Below are positions 8,708-19,943 of a stretch of 64,000 nucleotides of DNA, in pieces. The notes under the pieces were generated by a model. The model made no database searches. It saw only the letters and a program-made list of their open reading frames with translations, and was not told the origin of the DNA. The position numbers and the translations under genes were made by a program. Positions within the stretch are counted from its first letter, which is position 1, and every line of letters starts with the position of its first letter. The stretch is from Euryarchaeota archaeon UBA558 (GTDB lineage Archaea > Thermoplasmatota > Poseidoniia > Poseidoniales > Thalassarchaeaceae), in contig DAZE01000020.1 in NCBI GenBank assembly GCA_002507175.1, positions 5,872 to 69,871 on the forward strand. Reading direction: 5' to 3'.

Positions 8708-9961
8708 ATGGGTTTCCTCAGTCGGTTCCGTCGCTCTGCGAAAACATTGGATGACATTGGATCCATAGCTTCGGAAGAAGACCTTACTATCGTTCCAGAA
8801 AATGTAAATGAGGCCTATGAAGTGAAAACTTCTCCTATCTCAGAACATGAGGTGGAAAGCGAATGGGAATCAACGGAAATGATTGATTCAATTCACTTGG
8901 ATAGGGATAAAAAATCTCAAAAACTAATGGAGAGAAAACAACAATCCCAGAAGATAACGAAAAAAGCCAGCATTGAGAAAAGACGTTTGAAACTTGTTCC
9001 AAGACCATCACAAGGGCTATCAATAGACATCGACCATTTGGTTGACAAGAAGTCTAGAAGAAAAATATCCGCCACACCAACCTTCGCGAAATTGATGTCA
9101 GAACTAGAAATAACACTATTGGAAGCCGATATGGGGCATGCGGCCGTAGACGAAGTTCTGACGGCGATGAGAGCGAGGTTGATCGGCGCCCCGCTACCCA
9201 AGAAAGGGGACCTTGAAAGGATAATCGACTCTGCACTTATCGGAGCTCTTGACTCGTTGTTGAGGGTCTCGTATTGGGATTTCGACCAGACCGTTCAAAG
9301 CCTGATGAAAGACGAGATTCCTATCATAATTATGTTGGTTGGAGTGAATGGAACTGGTAAGACGACCACAGCAGCCAAGATATCACACAGACTAGTCCAA
9401 GAAGGCTTGAGCGTCGTATTAGCAGCTGCAGATACATTCAGGGCGGGCGCAATAGATCAGTTGAATGATCATGCAGAGCGTATTGGTGCCCGGTGCATAC
9501 GGAGTCAACGAGGTGGCGATTCGGCTGCCGTTGCAAGAGATGCGATCGACAGCGCGGTAGCCAAGGGGGACGACGTCGTGATAATAGATACTGCTGGGAG
9601 GATGCAGAACAAGACCAACTTGATGCAGGAACTGAAGAAGGTACACAGAGTCGCCTCGCCTCATATTGTCCTGTTTGTTGGGGATGCACTTGCAGGTAAT
9701 GATGCCGTAGAACAGGCAAAAACCTTCCAATCGTTTTTGAATTTCGACGGTGCAGTCCTTTCAAAGTTGGACACAGATGCTAGGGGTGGTGCTGCACTTT
9801 CTATAGCCCATGCCACAAACAAGCCTATCGTACTGGCTGGGGTCGGACAGGGCTACGACGATCTCATCGACTTTGAGCCATCCAACTTTCTAACACAGCT
9901 TCTTTCGGATGACATGGACCCAATGTCGTTCACAATTGTCGCGAGGGATCAAAATGAATGA
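8708..9961 (+). CDS. ftsY: Signal recognition particle receptor FtsY
   Basis: SRP-GTPase motifs VGVNGTGKTTTAAK, DTAGR and SKLD, plus the NG-domain layout. About 120-aa charged N-terminal A-region. GAGGT upstream of the ATG. Confidence 0.95.
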   Translation: MGFLSRFRRSAKTLDDIGSIASEEDLTIVPENVNEAYEVKTSPISEHEVESEWESTEMIDSIHLDRDKKSQKLMERKQQSQKITKKASIEKRRLKLVPRPSQGLSIDIDHLVDKKSRRKISATPTFAKLMSELEITLLEADMGHAAVDEVLTAMRARLIGAPLPKKGDLERIIDSALIGALDSLLRVSYWDFDQTVQSLMKDEIPIIIMLVGVNGTGKTTTAAKISHRLVQEGLSVVLAAADTFRAGAIDQLNDHAERIGARCIRSQRGGDSAAVARDAIDSAVAKGDDVVIIDTAGRMQNKTNLMQELKKVHRVASPHIVLFVGDALAGNDAVEQAKTFQSFLNFDGAVLSKLDTDARGGAALSIAHATNKPIVLAGVGQGYDDLIDFEPSNFLTQLLSDDMDPMSFTIVARDQNE

Positions 9962-10556
9962 AAGTCCCTCATCGTTGATATCAATGAGGGATTCAATCAC
10001 AGCCGGTAGGATCAATATGATAATGAGACAGAGGGGCTGGCGATCAAAAACAATCCAAGGCAATGATGGGTTAGTTGAGTCATATTTGAAAATTAGACCT
10101 AGAGTGACATTCTTGGGATTTGATACAGGATCGACTTCAGGTGAGTTAGCAGCCTTGAAGATAAGGGATATTGACGATCAAGCACGGATTGTTTTTGTTT
10201 GTTCTAGGTCCAAGTTGGAAGCAGCCAGACAGGCATCTCATTCTGCAGGAGCCGTGGGGGTGATCTCAACGCCTATACTAGCCTCAGATATCGAGGAAGC
10301 ATGGCCCAAAATAATGGGCGTCGTGCCATACGCCCCAGGTCTAGCGACGCTCGAATCAGATATCCCCTCACCCCCAGCCAACTTGCCCCCGCCTCCTGCG
10401 CCAGCAACACCACAAAAACATCCATCTGTCACCAGCCAAGCCAACCTTCCAGTCGATGGCCAGGTCAAGCAGGGAAACCGTGGAAGGGTATGGATAATTA
10501 CCTCGTTAGTCGCCTTGGCCATTTCAGGGTCGATTGCCTATTATCTGACCATCTGA
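9954..10556 (+). CDS. Tail-anchored membrane protein with receiver-like (pseudo-REC) domain
   Basis: The ATG at 9954 overlaps the ftsY stop (ATGAATGA). The middle region aligns by eye to CheY-like receivers (FLGFDTGSTSG, RIVFVCS, GAVGVISTP). Pro-rich linker PPANLPPPPAPATP. C-terminal TM VWIITSLVALAISGSIAYYL. Confidence 0.5.
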   Translation: MNESPSSLISMRDSITAGRINMIMRQRGWRSKTIQGNDGLVESYLKIRPRVTFLGFDTGSTSGELAALKIRDIDDQARIVFVCSRSKLEAARQASHSAGAVGVISTPILASDIEEAWPKIMGVVPYAPGLATLESDIPSPPANLPPPPAPATPQKHPSVTSQANLPVDGQVKQGNRGRVWIITSLVALAISGSIAYYLTI

Positions 10557-10781
10557 AACCTCTTCTTCAAGTGGGACCATTCTCAACGCATTAACCTCGT
10601 GACTACCCTCAGGCCCTTGCGCTATGTTAACGATTTTCACACGACTGTCCTCTAGCAGGCTCTCATCTCCCGTCACCACTCTGAGCCTCATTCGCCATCG
10701 AAACAAAATTTCCCTAGCGACCAAGATCAAGAGTAGGAATACAATTACGATGGCAGAAACGTCAACCAATTCAAGCATCAT
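10524..10781 (-). CDS. Small hypothetical membrane protein
   Basis: 85 aa with N-terminal TM VSAIVIVFLLLILVA. The start overlaps the pyrF stop by 4 nt. Confidence 0.4.
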   Translation of the reverse strand: MMLELVDVSAIVIVFLLLILVAREILFRWRMRLRVVTGDESLLEDSRVKIVNIAQGPEGSHEVNALRMVPLEEEVSDGQIIGNRP

Positions 10782-11536
10782 ATATCATCCATGGTGGCAT
10801 TAGCGTATTGAGCAGCGGCACTAGATATTGAGTCACTACGAATTATGCCCGACCCCACAATAACCGCATCAGCCCCAGATCGTATGGCTTCTGTCGGGTG
10901 ACCGTATCTTTGCCCCATAACAGACTGATTCGGATCAAAATTGATACCCGGTGTTAAAATCAGTTTTTCAGAACCCACTGCATCCCTAAGTGAAGCTATG
11001 GACCTCGGATTACTCCCATTTCCGATAAATCCACACACTCCAGGCATACCCTTGCAAGATGCTACCGTTTTTTCTGTGTAACGGGCGTCGAGAAGATTTT
11101 CGGAACTAGACATCTGTGCGAGCACGAGAACCGACCCTTTACGGCCCACTTCTTCCCAAGCAGAATGGATACCATCAATGACATCCGGACCTGATATTCT
11201 ATGTGCAGTGACTATGTCGGCCCATCTAGCAATTCTCTGGTGGCCCAGCATCTGGATCTTGGAAACGTGCCCGATATCGGCAAATTTTCGATCCTCAAAG
11301 ATTAGAATCCCCATGTCGCGAGCAGGTCGAATAACCTCGTCCATCCAACGAGTATATTCGAAGTCCACCACACCATCCACGTGAGTCTTCAACATGCATA
11401 TGCTTGGTCCGGCCTGTGAAAGCGAATGCGATATTTCAGAAATTGACTTTTGATCTGCAGCAAGTACGACTCTTGTCCTTCTAGAAGCCATGGAGGACCG
11501 AATTTCATCTGCAGACATGAACCCCAAACCAGACAC
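10778..11536 (-). CDS. pyrF: Orotidine 5-prime-phosphate decarboxylase
   Basis: LKTHVD and FEDRKFADIGHV motifs (DxKxxD signature) and the LILTPGI region. The overall pattern resembles URA3-type enzymes. Confidence 0.9.
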   Translation of the reverse strand: MSGLGFMSADEIRSSMASRRTRVVLAADQKSISEISHSLSQAGPSICMLKTHVDGVVDFEYTRWMDEVIRPARDMGILIFEDRKFADIGHVSKIQMLGHQRIARWADIVTAHRISGPDVIDGIHSAWEEVGRKGSVLVLAQMSSSENLLDARYTEKTVASCKGMPGVCGFIGNGSNPRSIASLRDAVGSEKLILTPGINFDPNQSVMGQRYGHPTEAIRSGADAVIVGSGIIRSDSISSAAAQYANATMDDI

Positions 11537-11653
11537 CTTCTAACCTCCACGTGTCGTTAGGTACCTCAACATTGCCGAAGTAAATTGGTAAATATGTTTA
11601 AAGCACCCCCCCATTAGTCAACCTCGGGTTGTATAGCCTAGAGATGGTAACGT

Positions 11654-13605
<1,952 letters not shown>

Positions 13606-13626
13606 GTCCCCAGAAGCGCATCCTTC

Positions 13627-16600
13627 ATGGGCGTCCAGCATTGCATAGACCGCATGGCGCATGACAGTCCACACATTTTGCGCGTGGATGTTCTGCCTAT
13701 CCTCCGATCTGGGTTAGTCGACAGTCGGGCAAACACACTGATAAGTTCGCTACCCAAGCATCTTGCGGGCAAAATAGCTGCTACTAGGACCAGCCTGGGG
13801 TATACTATCAAGGGAGACTTTTCTGAGGAAGAGGCAACCCACGCGGCAACAAACCTATTTTCTGATCCAATCATTGAGACCTTCACAATCGATGGATCGA
13901 TAGGAGCAGGCCAATTGCCAGATGGCAGCTACTCTGATCTGACAGTTCAAGTTGGTTTCAAGCCAGGTGTGACGGATAATCGAGCCATGGCTGCAGAGGA
14001 TGGCCTGGGTACGATTTTCCCGAACAAGTCAAACAAAGTAGCATCGACCATCTCCTACCATTTCTGGTTGCATGATGATCATCTTGAGCTGGAAGAGCTC
14101 GTAGATCACCTCCACAATCCCATGCTTGAAGAATATTCCATTTTGGACGGCAAAAATAGAACTGGCAATTTAATCCGATTCCCAAATTTGAAACCACAGA
14201 ACTATGTTGAACCAAGGATAATCGACCTTGATGTCGACGATGGAGAGTTAGAGCGAATAAGCGATGATGGTCTACTTGCATTAAATTTGGTAGAAATGAA
14301 GGCGATTCAAGGTTATTTCAAACAACAAGACACACAACAAATACGATCACAGCACGACCTCCCTGTCGATTCGCCTACGGATGTAGAGCTTGAGTGTCTG
14401 GCACAGACGTGGTCAGAACATTGTAGTCACAAGATATTCTCAGCTAAGATACGACATACTGACAATCAGAATGGAACCACTTCCACGATCGACTCGCTAT
14501 TCAAAACTCACATTGTGGCCCCAACGAATGCGATATCGAAGGAGGTGGATTGGCTGCTCTCAGTCTTCCACGACAACTCTGGTGTAATCGCATGGACGGA
14601 TGAATGGAGCCTCTGTATGAAAGCTGAAACTCATAACTCACCTTCTGCATTGGACCCTTTCGGCGGAGCCATGACAGGGATTGTCGGCGTCAATCGCGAT
14701 ATCCTGGGAACCGGTCTCGGGGCCAAGCCTATAGCAAATACAGATGTATTCTGTTTCGGTCCTCCTGATTACTCAGGAACCCTCCCAAAGGGATTATTTC
14801 ACCCTTCTCGTATATTCTCCGGAGTGCATTCAGGGGTAAGGGCTGGGGGCAACGAATCAGGAATACCAACTATCAATGGATCGATCGTCTTCGATGATCG
14901 ATACATTGGGAAACCCCTGGTGTATTGCGGTACGGTTGGCTTAATGCCGAGGTACCTGCCAGACGGGCGAGAATCACACGTGAAAACCCCAAGACCTGGC
15001 GATTTAATCTACATGGTCGGAGGAAGAGTTGGAAGCGACGGTATCCATGGCGCGACGTTTTCGAGTCTTGAGCTTACTGAGGATAGCCCCAGTAGCGCGG
15101 TTCAGATCGGCGATCCAATCACACAGAAAAAAATGCTAGACATGATCCTTGAGGCGAGAGATGCGGGCCTGATCCAAGTCATCACTGACAATGGTGCAGG
15201 AGGACTGTCAAGTAGCGTTGGCGAAATGGCAGAATTAACCGGTGGCGCAACCATCGATTTAGGCATGGTTCCATTGAAACAATTAGGATTAAAATCTTGG
15301 GAAATATTGGTATCTGAATCCCAGGAAAGGATGACTGTCGGCATCCGGGGAGATGATTCTGATGAGTTTGAAAGACTAGCCCGGCTACATGAGGTAGAGG
15401 CTACGGCAATTGGTACATTCTCCGACTCTGGATTTTTCCAAATAAACCACAACGAAAAGTGTGTAGGACTGATACCGATACCATTCCTTCACGAAGGGTG
15501 TCCCCAATTACAACTGGAGTCCGAGTGGAATCCACCAACTAATCCTGATGTTGTATTACCAATCCCAACTTTAAGGTCACTTTCGACGGCTCTGGAGAAA
15601 ATTCTTGAAAGACCAAATGTTGCAAGTAAAGAGTGGTGGGTCAGATCCTATGATCATGAGGTCATTGCCCAGACAGTCGTCAAACCGTTTGTGGGACTAG
15701 ATCACGATGCTCCCGGTGATGCCGCTGTCATAGCCCCCTTACCGGGTAGCATCATTGGGGCGGTTATTTCCAATGGAATTGTGCCGAGATATTCAGACAT
15801 AGACGCCTATTCGATGACAGCAGCAGCGATAGACGAGGCAGTAAGGAATGCAGTTTGCGTAGGAGTGGACCTATCCATGATCGCTGGACTAGATAATTTC
15901 TGTTGGCCCGATCCAATAGAGTCTGAAAAAACGCCAGATGGAAAACAGAAACTCGCCCAACTAGTTAGATCAAATCAGGCACTTGATGACGTATGCAGAG
16001 CCTATACACTTCCATGCATAAGTGGCAAAGATTCGATGAAAAATGATGCAGTCATTGAGGGTCAGAAAATAAGCGTTCCACCAACCCTACTGTTCAGCCT
16101 CATTGGACGCCATAAGGACATTACTAAAGCAGTGACGAGTGATTTCAAGAGCTATGACGACCGCATATACCTGCTCGGCTTGACCAAACAGGAAATAGGG
16201 GCTTCCGAACTCGCGTTCATGATTAGAGAAAGCGACAACTCCAGTGGAATTGGTACTAGCGTCCCCATACTCGATCCGGAAAGAAATATCGCTTTGTACA
16301 GGGCCTTAGGCAATGCCATGGAAAATGAGATGATCAGGAGCGCGCATGACTGTAGTGATGGTGGCCTTTCAGTCAGTTTAGCAGAGTCATGCTTCGGATT
16401 TAGTGGAGGAGCTAATATCGATGTATCAGAGATTCTCCTAGGAGACGATGAACTGGATGAATGGGGAGCGCTCTTTGGAGAGTCCCTGGGGAGAATAATC
16501 GTGTCAGTCTCGCCTGAATGTGCCATGGAGTTTGAAAAGAAGATGAAAGGACACGCCATATACAAACTTGGGAGGACAACCTCTAGCCGTGAAATTAAGA

Positions 16601-16686
16601 TATCTGCGCATGGAAAAACGATACTAAATTGCGACGTCGATTCTCTAAAGGCTGCTTGGAAGGGAACTCTGGACAGGAGGGCATGA
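13627..16686 (+). CDS. purL: Phosphoribosylformylglycinamidine synthase, large-type synthetase lacking the glutaminase domain (PurS-like N-domain + PurL)
   Basis: AQTWSEHCSHKIF, AETHNSPSALDPFGGA and GVNRDI motifs. 1019 aa, with about 270 extra N-terminal residues that include a lgPurL-like N-domain (VGFKPGVTDNRAMAAEDG, HNPMLEEYSI). Alternative ATG at 13654. Confidence 0.95.
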   Translation: MGVQHCIDRMAHDSPHILRVDVLPILRSGLVDSRANTLISSLPKHLAGKIAATRTSLGYTIKGDFSEEEATHAATNLFSDPIIETFTIDGSIGAGQLPDGSYSDLTVQVGFKPGVTDNRAMAAEDGLGTIFPNKSNKVASTISYHFWLHDDHLELEELVDHLHNPMLEEYSILDGKNRTGNLIRFPNLKPQNYVEPRIIDLDVDDGELERISDDGLLALNLVEMKAIQGYFKQQDTQQIRSQHDLPVDSPTDVELECLAQTWSEHCSHKIFSAKIRHTDNQNGTTSTIDSLFKTHIVAPTNAISKEVDWLLSVFHDNSGVIAWTDEWSLCMKAETHNSPSALDPFGGAMTGIVGVNRDILGTGLGAKPIANTDVFCFGPPDYSGTLPKGLFHPSRIFSGVHSGVRAGGNESGIPTINGSIVFDDRYIGKPLVYCGTVGLMPRYLPDGRESHVKTPRPGDLIYMVGGRVGSDGIHGATFSSLELTEDSPSSAVQIGDPITQKKMLDMILEARDAGLIQVITDNGAGGLSSSVGEMAELTGGATIDLGMVPLKQLGLKSWEILVSESQERMTVGIRGDDSDEFERLARLHEVEATAIGTFSDSGFFQINHNEKCVGLIPIPFLHEGCPQLQLESEWNPPTNPDVVLPIPTLRSLSTALEKILERPNVASKEWWVRSYDHEVIAQTVVKPFVGLDHDAPGDAAVIAPLPGSIIGAVISNGIVPRYSDIDAYSMTAAAIDEAVRNAVCVGVDLSMIAGLDNFCWPDPIESEKTPDGKQKLAQLVRSNQALDDVCRAYTLPCISGKDSMKNDAVIEGQKISVPPTLLFSLIGRHKDITKAVTSDFKSYDDRIYLLGLTKQEIGASELAFMIRESDNSSGIGTSVPILDPERNIALYRALGNAMENEMIRSAHDCSDGGLSVSLAESCFGFSGGANIDVSEILLGDDELDEWGALFGESLGRIIVSVSPECAMEFEKKMKGHAIYKLGRTTSSREIKISAHGKTILNCDVDSLKAAWKGTLDRRA

Positions 16687-16687
16687 T

Positions 16688-17512
16688 ATGGGTAAACCCA
16701 ATGTTGCGGTTCTCTCGGGTTTTGGGATAAATTGTGAGACTGAGACAATTACCGCGTTTGAAATGGCTGGAGCGACGGCAAAAAGGACCCATGTCAACCG
16801 CTTGGTTGACGGGGAACTCAAACTATCGGACTTTGATATTCTCGCAGTGCCTGGAGGTTTCTCGTTCGGAGATCATTTGGGGAGTGGCAGACTCCTAGGC
16901 AATCGATTGAGATTCTCCTTGAGAGAAGAGGTCAGAGCCTTTGTGGCATCCAAAAAGCCGGTGATTGGTATATGCAATGGATTCCAAGTGCTGGTAAAAA
17001 TGGGCCTTCTACCGGGAGACGAGGATCTTTCCATGAGTCAGACAGCGTCTCTTACGGCAAATGATTGCGGCAGATACGAGGATAGGTGGGTCACGCTTGA
17101 ATTTGATAGAAACAGCCCCTGCATATGGACAAGGGGTATAGAAAGGCTGAGGGTACCTGTACGTCATGGAGAGGGCAAATTTGTCACCAACGATCACAAG
17201 TTGTTGGACAAGTGGGCTCAAAAAGGACAACTTGTGGCAAAATACGTCGATCCAGATAGCACGTACCCCTCCTCCTCGGATGAGATCCTGCCATTTCCGA
17301 TTTCACCAAACCAGTCATGGAGGAATGTGGCCGGCGTCTGTGACCCCACTGGGCTAGTGTTCGGTTTAATGCCACACCCCGAAGCCTACCACTCCACTTG
17401 GCTCTCTCCAGATTGGACAAGAGAGACATCACTCAAACACGGTCCATCTCCAGCCATGTCAATCTTTCGAAATGCGGTTGAGCACTCAAGAAACAATAGA
17501 GAGGTTGCCTGA
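16688..17512 (+). CDS. purQ: Phosphoribosylformylglycinamidine synthase glutaminase subunit
   Basis: Class I amidotransferase triad context GICNGFQVLVKMGLLPG and MPHPE. The start is 1 nt after the purL stop, with GGAGG upstream. Confidence 0.93.
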   Translation: MGKPNVAVLSGFGINCETETITAFEMAGATAKRTHVNRLVDGELKLSDFDILAVPGGFSFGDHLGSGRLLGNRLRFSLREEVRAFVASKKPVIGICNGFQVLVKMGLLPGDEDLSMSQTASLTANDCGRYEDRWVTLEFDRNSPCIWTRGIERLRVPVRHGEGKFVTNDHKLLDKWAQKGQLVAKYVDPDSTYPSSSDEILPFPISPNQSWRNVAGVCDPTGLVFGLMPHPEAYHSTWLSPDWTRETSLKHGPSPAMSIFRNAVEHSRNNREVA

Positions 17513-17515
17513 ATA

Positions 17516-18057
17516 ATGCCTCTGAAAAGCATTTTGCTTTCTCCCGTTGGTAGATACTTTCGAACGAAGAGAATGTTCAAGCAGGCGGCGAAATATGCAG
17601 AAAAGAAACAAAAGCCGTTGATGATGATAGGCGATCCTTGCAGTGGTAGTTACTTTCAACTCATGTCTAATTGGTTCCCGAATTCTGACCACGGAGATAT
17701 AACAATCGACCTTTACGGTTGCGAGAAATGCCACAGGATGGATATCAACGACATGACTCATGGGGGACCTTCGAGGACGACTCGTTCGTGATCATGGAAA
17801 CCGGAGTGCTGGGTTTCTCTGAATATATTGCTTCTGTGGCCTCCCAGATCGCTAGAGTGTCCGGAGGAGAATTCTTCTCCGCTGGAGGGAACAAGGGTTT
17901 TCTCTGGGAATCTATCTTTTACAAAACATACTGTAAGAAATTGAATTACACCATGAATCCCTTTGATTTTAGAGAGAGTATCGCATATACGGGGAGAAGA
18001 CTGGGTAGGAAGGAAAGGATAACCATAGATTTCTGTGACTTGATCGGTGGCGCATAG
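17516..18057 (+). pseudogene. Class-I methyltransferase-like gene split by a frameshift at a G5 run (pseudogene, slippage site or sequencing error)
   Basis: ORFs 17516..17791 and 17719..18057 overlap in adjacent frames. Adding one G to GGGGG (17762..17766) joins them into ...CHRMDINDMTHGGTFEDDSFVIMETGVLGFSEY..., about 180 aa. Weak SAM-MTase-like motifs LMMIGDPCSG and DITIDL. Confidence 0.45.
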
Positions 18058-18092
18058 GAAGGCGCTTTGTACACCCTCCACAACCGAGCCAT

Positions 18093-18728
18093 GTGTACCA
18101 ACTACTCCCGTGTCGTGACAGAGTTGCTCTGAACGCGCCATTGTTCATGCAACCTCTCCCAAAGTCAATACCTTGGGCTGGGTCAATTGCTTACTTGGAT
18201 AGAGATGGGGTCCTGAATAAAGGATCTTCCAATTACATCAACTCGCCATCTGAGCTTGAGATGCTCCCGAACGCAGGAAAATGCATTGCAAAACTCAGGA
18301 AGTCCGGAATGAGGATAGCGGTTGTTACCAACCAATCTCCCGTTGGTAGGGGACTCTGGAACTCAGAGAACCTCGCAATGATACACGAAACCTTGCAAGA
18401 GATGTTGCTACTTGACGATCCTGAGGCGATAATTGACCTCATACTACACAGCCCATACCCGCCATTTTATGATGCCTGGGCAAGAAAACCACGACCTGGA
18501 ATGCTTGAGGCAGCGAGACAACTCCTCGATCATGCCGAATCTGGCGAAGACTGGTCTAAGCTCGATTTGAGGTTTGGATCGGAATGGACGAATCGACCAT
18601 CTGAACAGTCATCAGTAATGGTTGGAGACCGTATATCGGACATGGAGGCAGCGAGATCTTTCAATGTCAATGGCCTATTATGCCCTCCCGATGTTGGGCT
18701 ATCAGGTGTCATCGACCAGATTCTCTGA
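18093..18728 (+). CDS. HAD-IIIA phosphatase (GmhB / histidinol-phosphatase-like)
   Basis: HAD motifs YLDRDGVLNK, VVTNQSPVGRG, RKPRPGML and VGDRISDMEAA. Alternative start ATG at 18147. Confidence 0.8.
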   Translation: MYQLLPCRDRVALNAPLFMQPLPKSIPWAGSIAYLDRDGVLNKGSSNYINSPSELEMLPNAGKCIAKLRKSGMRIAVVTNQSPVGRGLWNSENLAMIHETLQEMLLLDDPEAIIDLILHSPYPPFYDAWARKPRPGMLEAARQLLDHAESGEDWSKLDLRFGSEWTNRPSEQSSVMVGDRISDMEAARSFNVNGLLCPPDVGLSGVIDQIL

Positions 18729-18823
18729 ATGGGGCTATACTCATCAGATAATTTTGCGAGGCTCGTGCAGAATTCTGCCGTATGCGAAAATAAGACCAAT
18801 TTCATTGAAATTTACTATATTTT

Positions 18824-18899
18824 TGGCGCCCCGACCGGGATTTGAACCCGGGTCGCAGCCTCGACAGGGCTGCATGATAGGCCACTACACCATCGGGGC
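18824..18899 (-). tRNA. tRNA-Asp (GUC), CCA encoded
   Basis: Hand-folded. Acceptor GCCCCGA/TCGGGGC, anticodon stem CAGCC/GGCTG, loop CUGUCGA, T-arm CCGGG-TTCAAAT-CCCGG, discriminator G followed by CCA. 76 nt. Confidence 0.9.
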
Positions 18900-19002
18900 T
18901 TACCCTTCGTCCGAATCATTACTTGATTTTCAATCTGCCTCTTCTTTCCTCTCAGTTCTTGGAGGCAATGTATTGATGGCCTGCCTGCTTTAGAGAAGCA
19001 AC

Positions 19003-19647
19003 ATGGGGCAGGGCCGTTTGGTAATTGATGTAATTGATAATGGCGGCCAGTGGACTCACAGGGAATGGCGGATGTTGCGTTATCTAGGTGTGGATACAAA
19101 AATACTGCCAAATGATACTCCTCTCGATCAGCTTAGAGACATGGATGGACTCATACTCTCTGGGGGGGCTGCGCGTGTTGGTTTGACTGGTGAACTGGGC
19201 CGTTGCGCTGAGTACCTGTCGTTAGAAATTCCAATACTGGGCATATGTGCCGGCCTTCAATTCATGGCTGGTCATTATGGCGGACAAGCCACAGAGGCCC
19301 CTCAACCTGAATTCGGTGCGGCGACAATCAGCCTGTCCGAAGATCCTGGGCCTTTGTTTTCAGATACGCCACCTACCCAGACCGTCTGGGAGAGCCACAA
19401 TGACGAAGTTAGTATGATTCCAGAGGATTTCAGAATAACAGCATCGAGCCAGTCATGCAGAGTTCAAGCCATGCAAAATCACACTAATACCAGATTTGGC
19501 GTCCAATTCCACCCAGAAGTGAATGATTCCGAATACGGTGAGGCCATATTCAGGAACTTCGTTGATATTTGCAAAAGAGCACGAATTACCAAACAGGCCA
19601 ATGGGCAAGTTGAAGAAGGCAACCAATCCGTCAAGCACTATGACTAA
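19003..19647 (+). CDS. guaAA: GMP synthase (glutamine-hydrolysing) subunit A
   Basis: VIDVIDNGGQWTHREWRMLRYLGVDTKILPNDTP, GICAGLQ and VQFHPE. A stand-alone GATase subunit is the archaeal split form. Confidence 0.9.
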   Translation: MGQGRLVIDVIDNGGQWTHREWRMLRYLGVDTKILPNDTPLDQLRDMDGLILSGGAARVGLTGELGRCAEYLSLEIPILGICAGLQFMAGHYGGQATEAPQPEFGAATISLSEDPGPLFSDTPPTQTVWESHNDEVSMIPEDFRITASSQSCRVQAMQNHTNTRFGVQFHPEVNDSEYGEAIFRNFVDICKRARITKQANGQVEEGNQSVKHYD

Positions 19648-19906
19648 CCGCATGACCCTATACAAGTGCAGGTCTTGCAATCGAACAGACAGGAAGCCGT
19701 TTGACGCAGATGGCCCTGCCACTTGCAATCATTGCTCCTCCCCCATGGACCCACTGGAGATCAGGTACAGATGTGTTCGATGCGGTCACATCGAATGGAT
19801 AGAAATCGGTACCACGGGGAAATCATGCCACAAATGCGGATATCGTATTTTTGTCAAGCCTCGGAAAGAAGGGCCAGATGGAATAAAGACGCTGCGTGCT
19901 GAGTGA
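19640..19906 (+). CDS. rpoP: DNA-directed RNA polymerase subunit P (Rpo12) with a duplicated zinc ribbon
   Basis: The C-terminal half YRCVRCGHIEW...KSCHKCGYRIFVKPRKEG..IKTLRAE matches the RpoP pattern. An extra N-terminal CxxC-x16-CxxC ribbon is present (YKCRSCN...TCNHCSSP). Start is ATG 19640 (overlapping the guaAA stop) or 19652. Confidence 0.7.
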   Translation: MTNRMTLYKCRSCNRTDRKPFDADGPATCNHCSSPMDPLEIRYRCVRCGHIEWIEIGTTGKSCHKCGYRIFVKPRKEGPDGIKTLRAE

Positions 19907-19943
19907 CGGGCATTTCAAGACCCCCCTCTCGCCAGGCTAATAC

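Noticed and set aside
16152-16748. 198-aa minus-strand ORF across the purL/purQ junction
   Set aside because: It lies entirely antisense to two genes with strong motif support. Its composition is Ser/Pro/Leu-rich and low-complexity, typical of a shadow ORF.
17758-18141. 127-aa minus-strand ORF
   Set aside because: It is antisense to the frameshifted methyltransferase-like gene and to the start of the HAD phosphatase. No motifs were seen.
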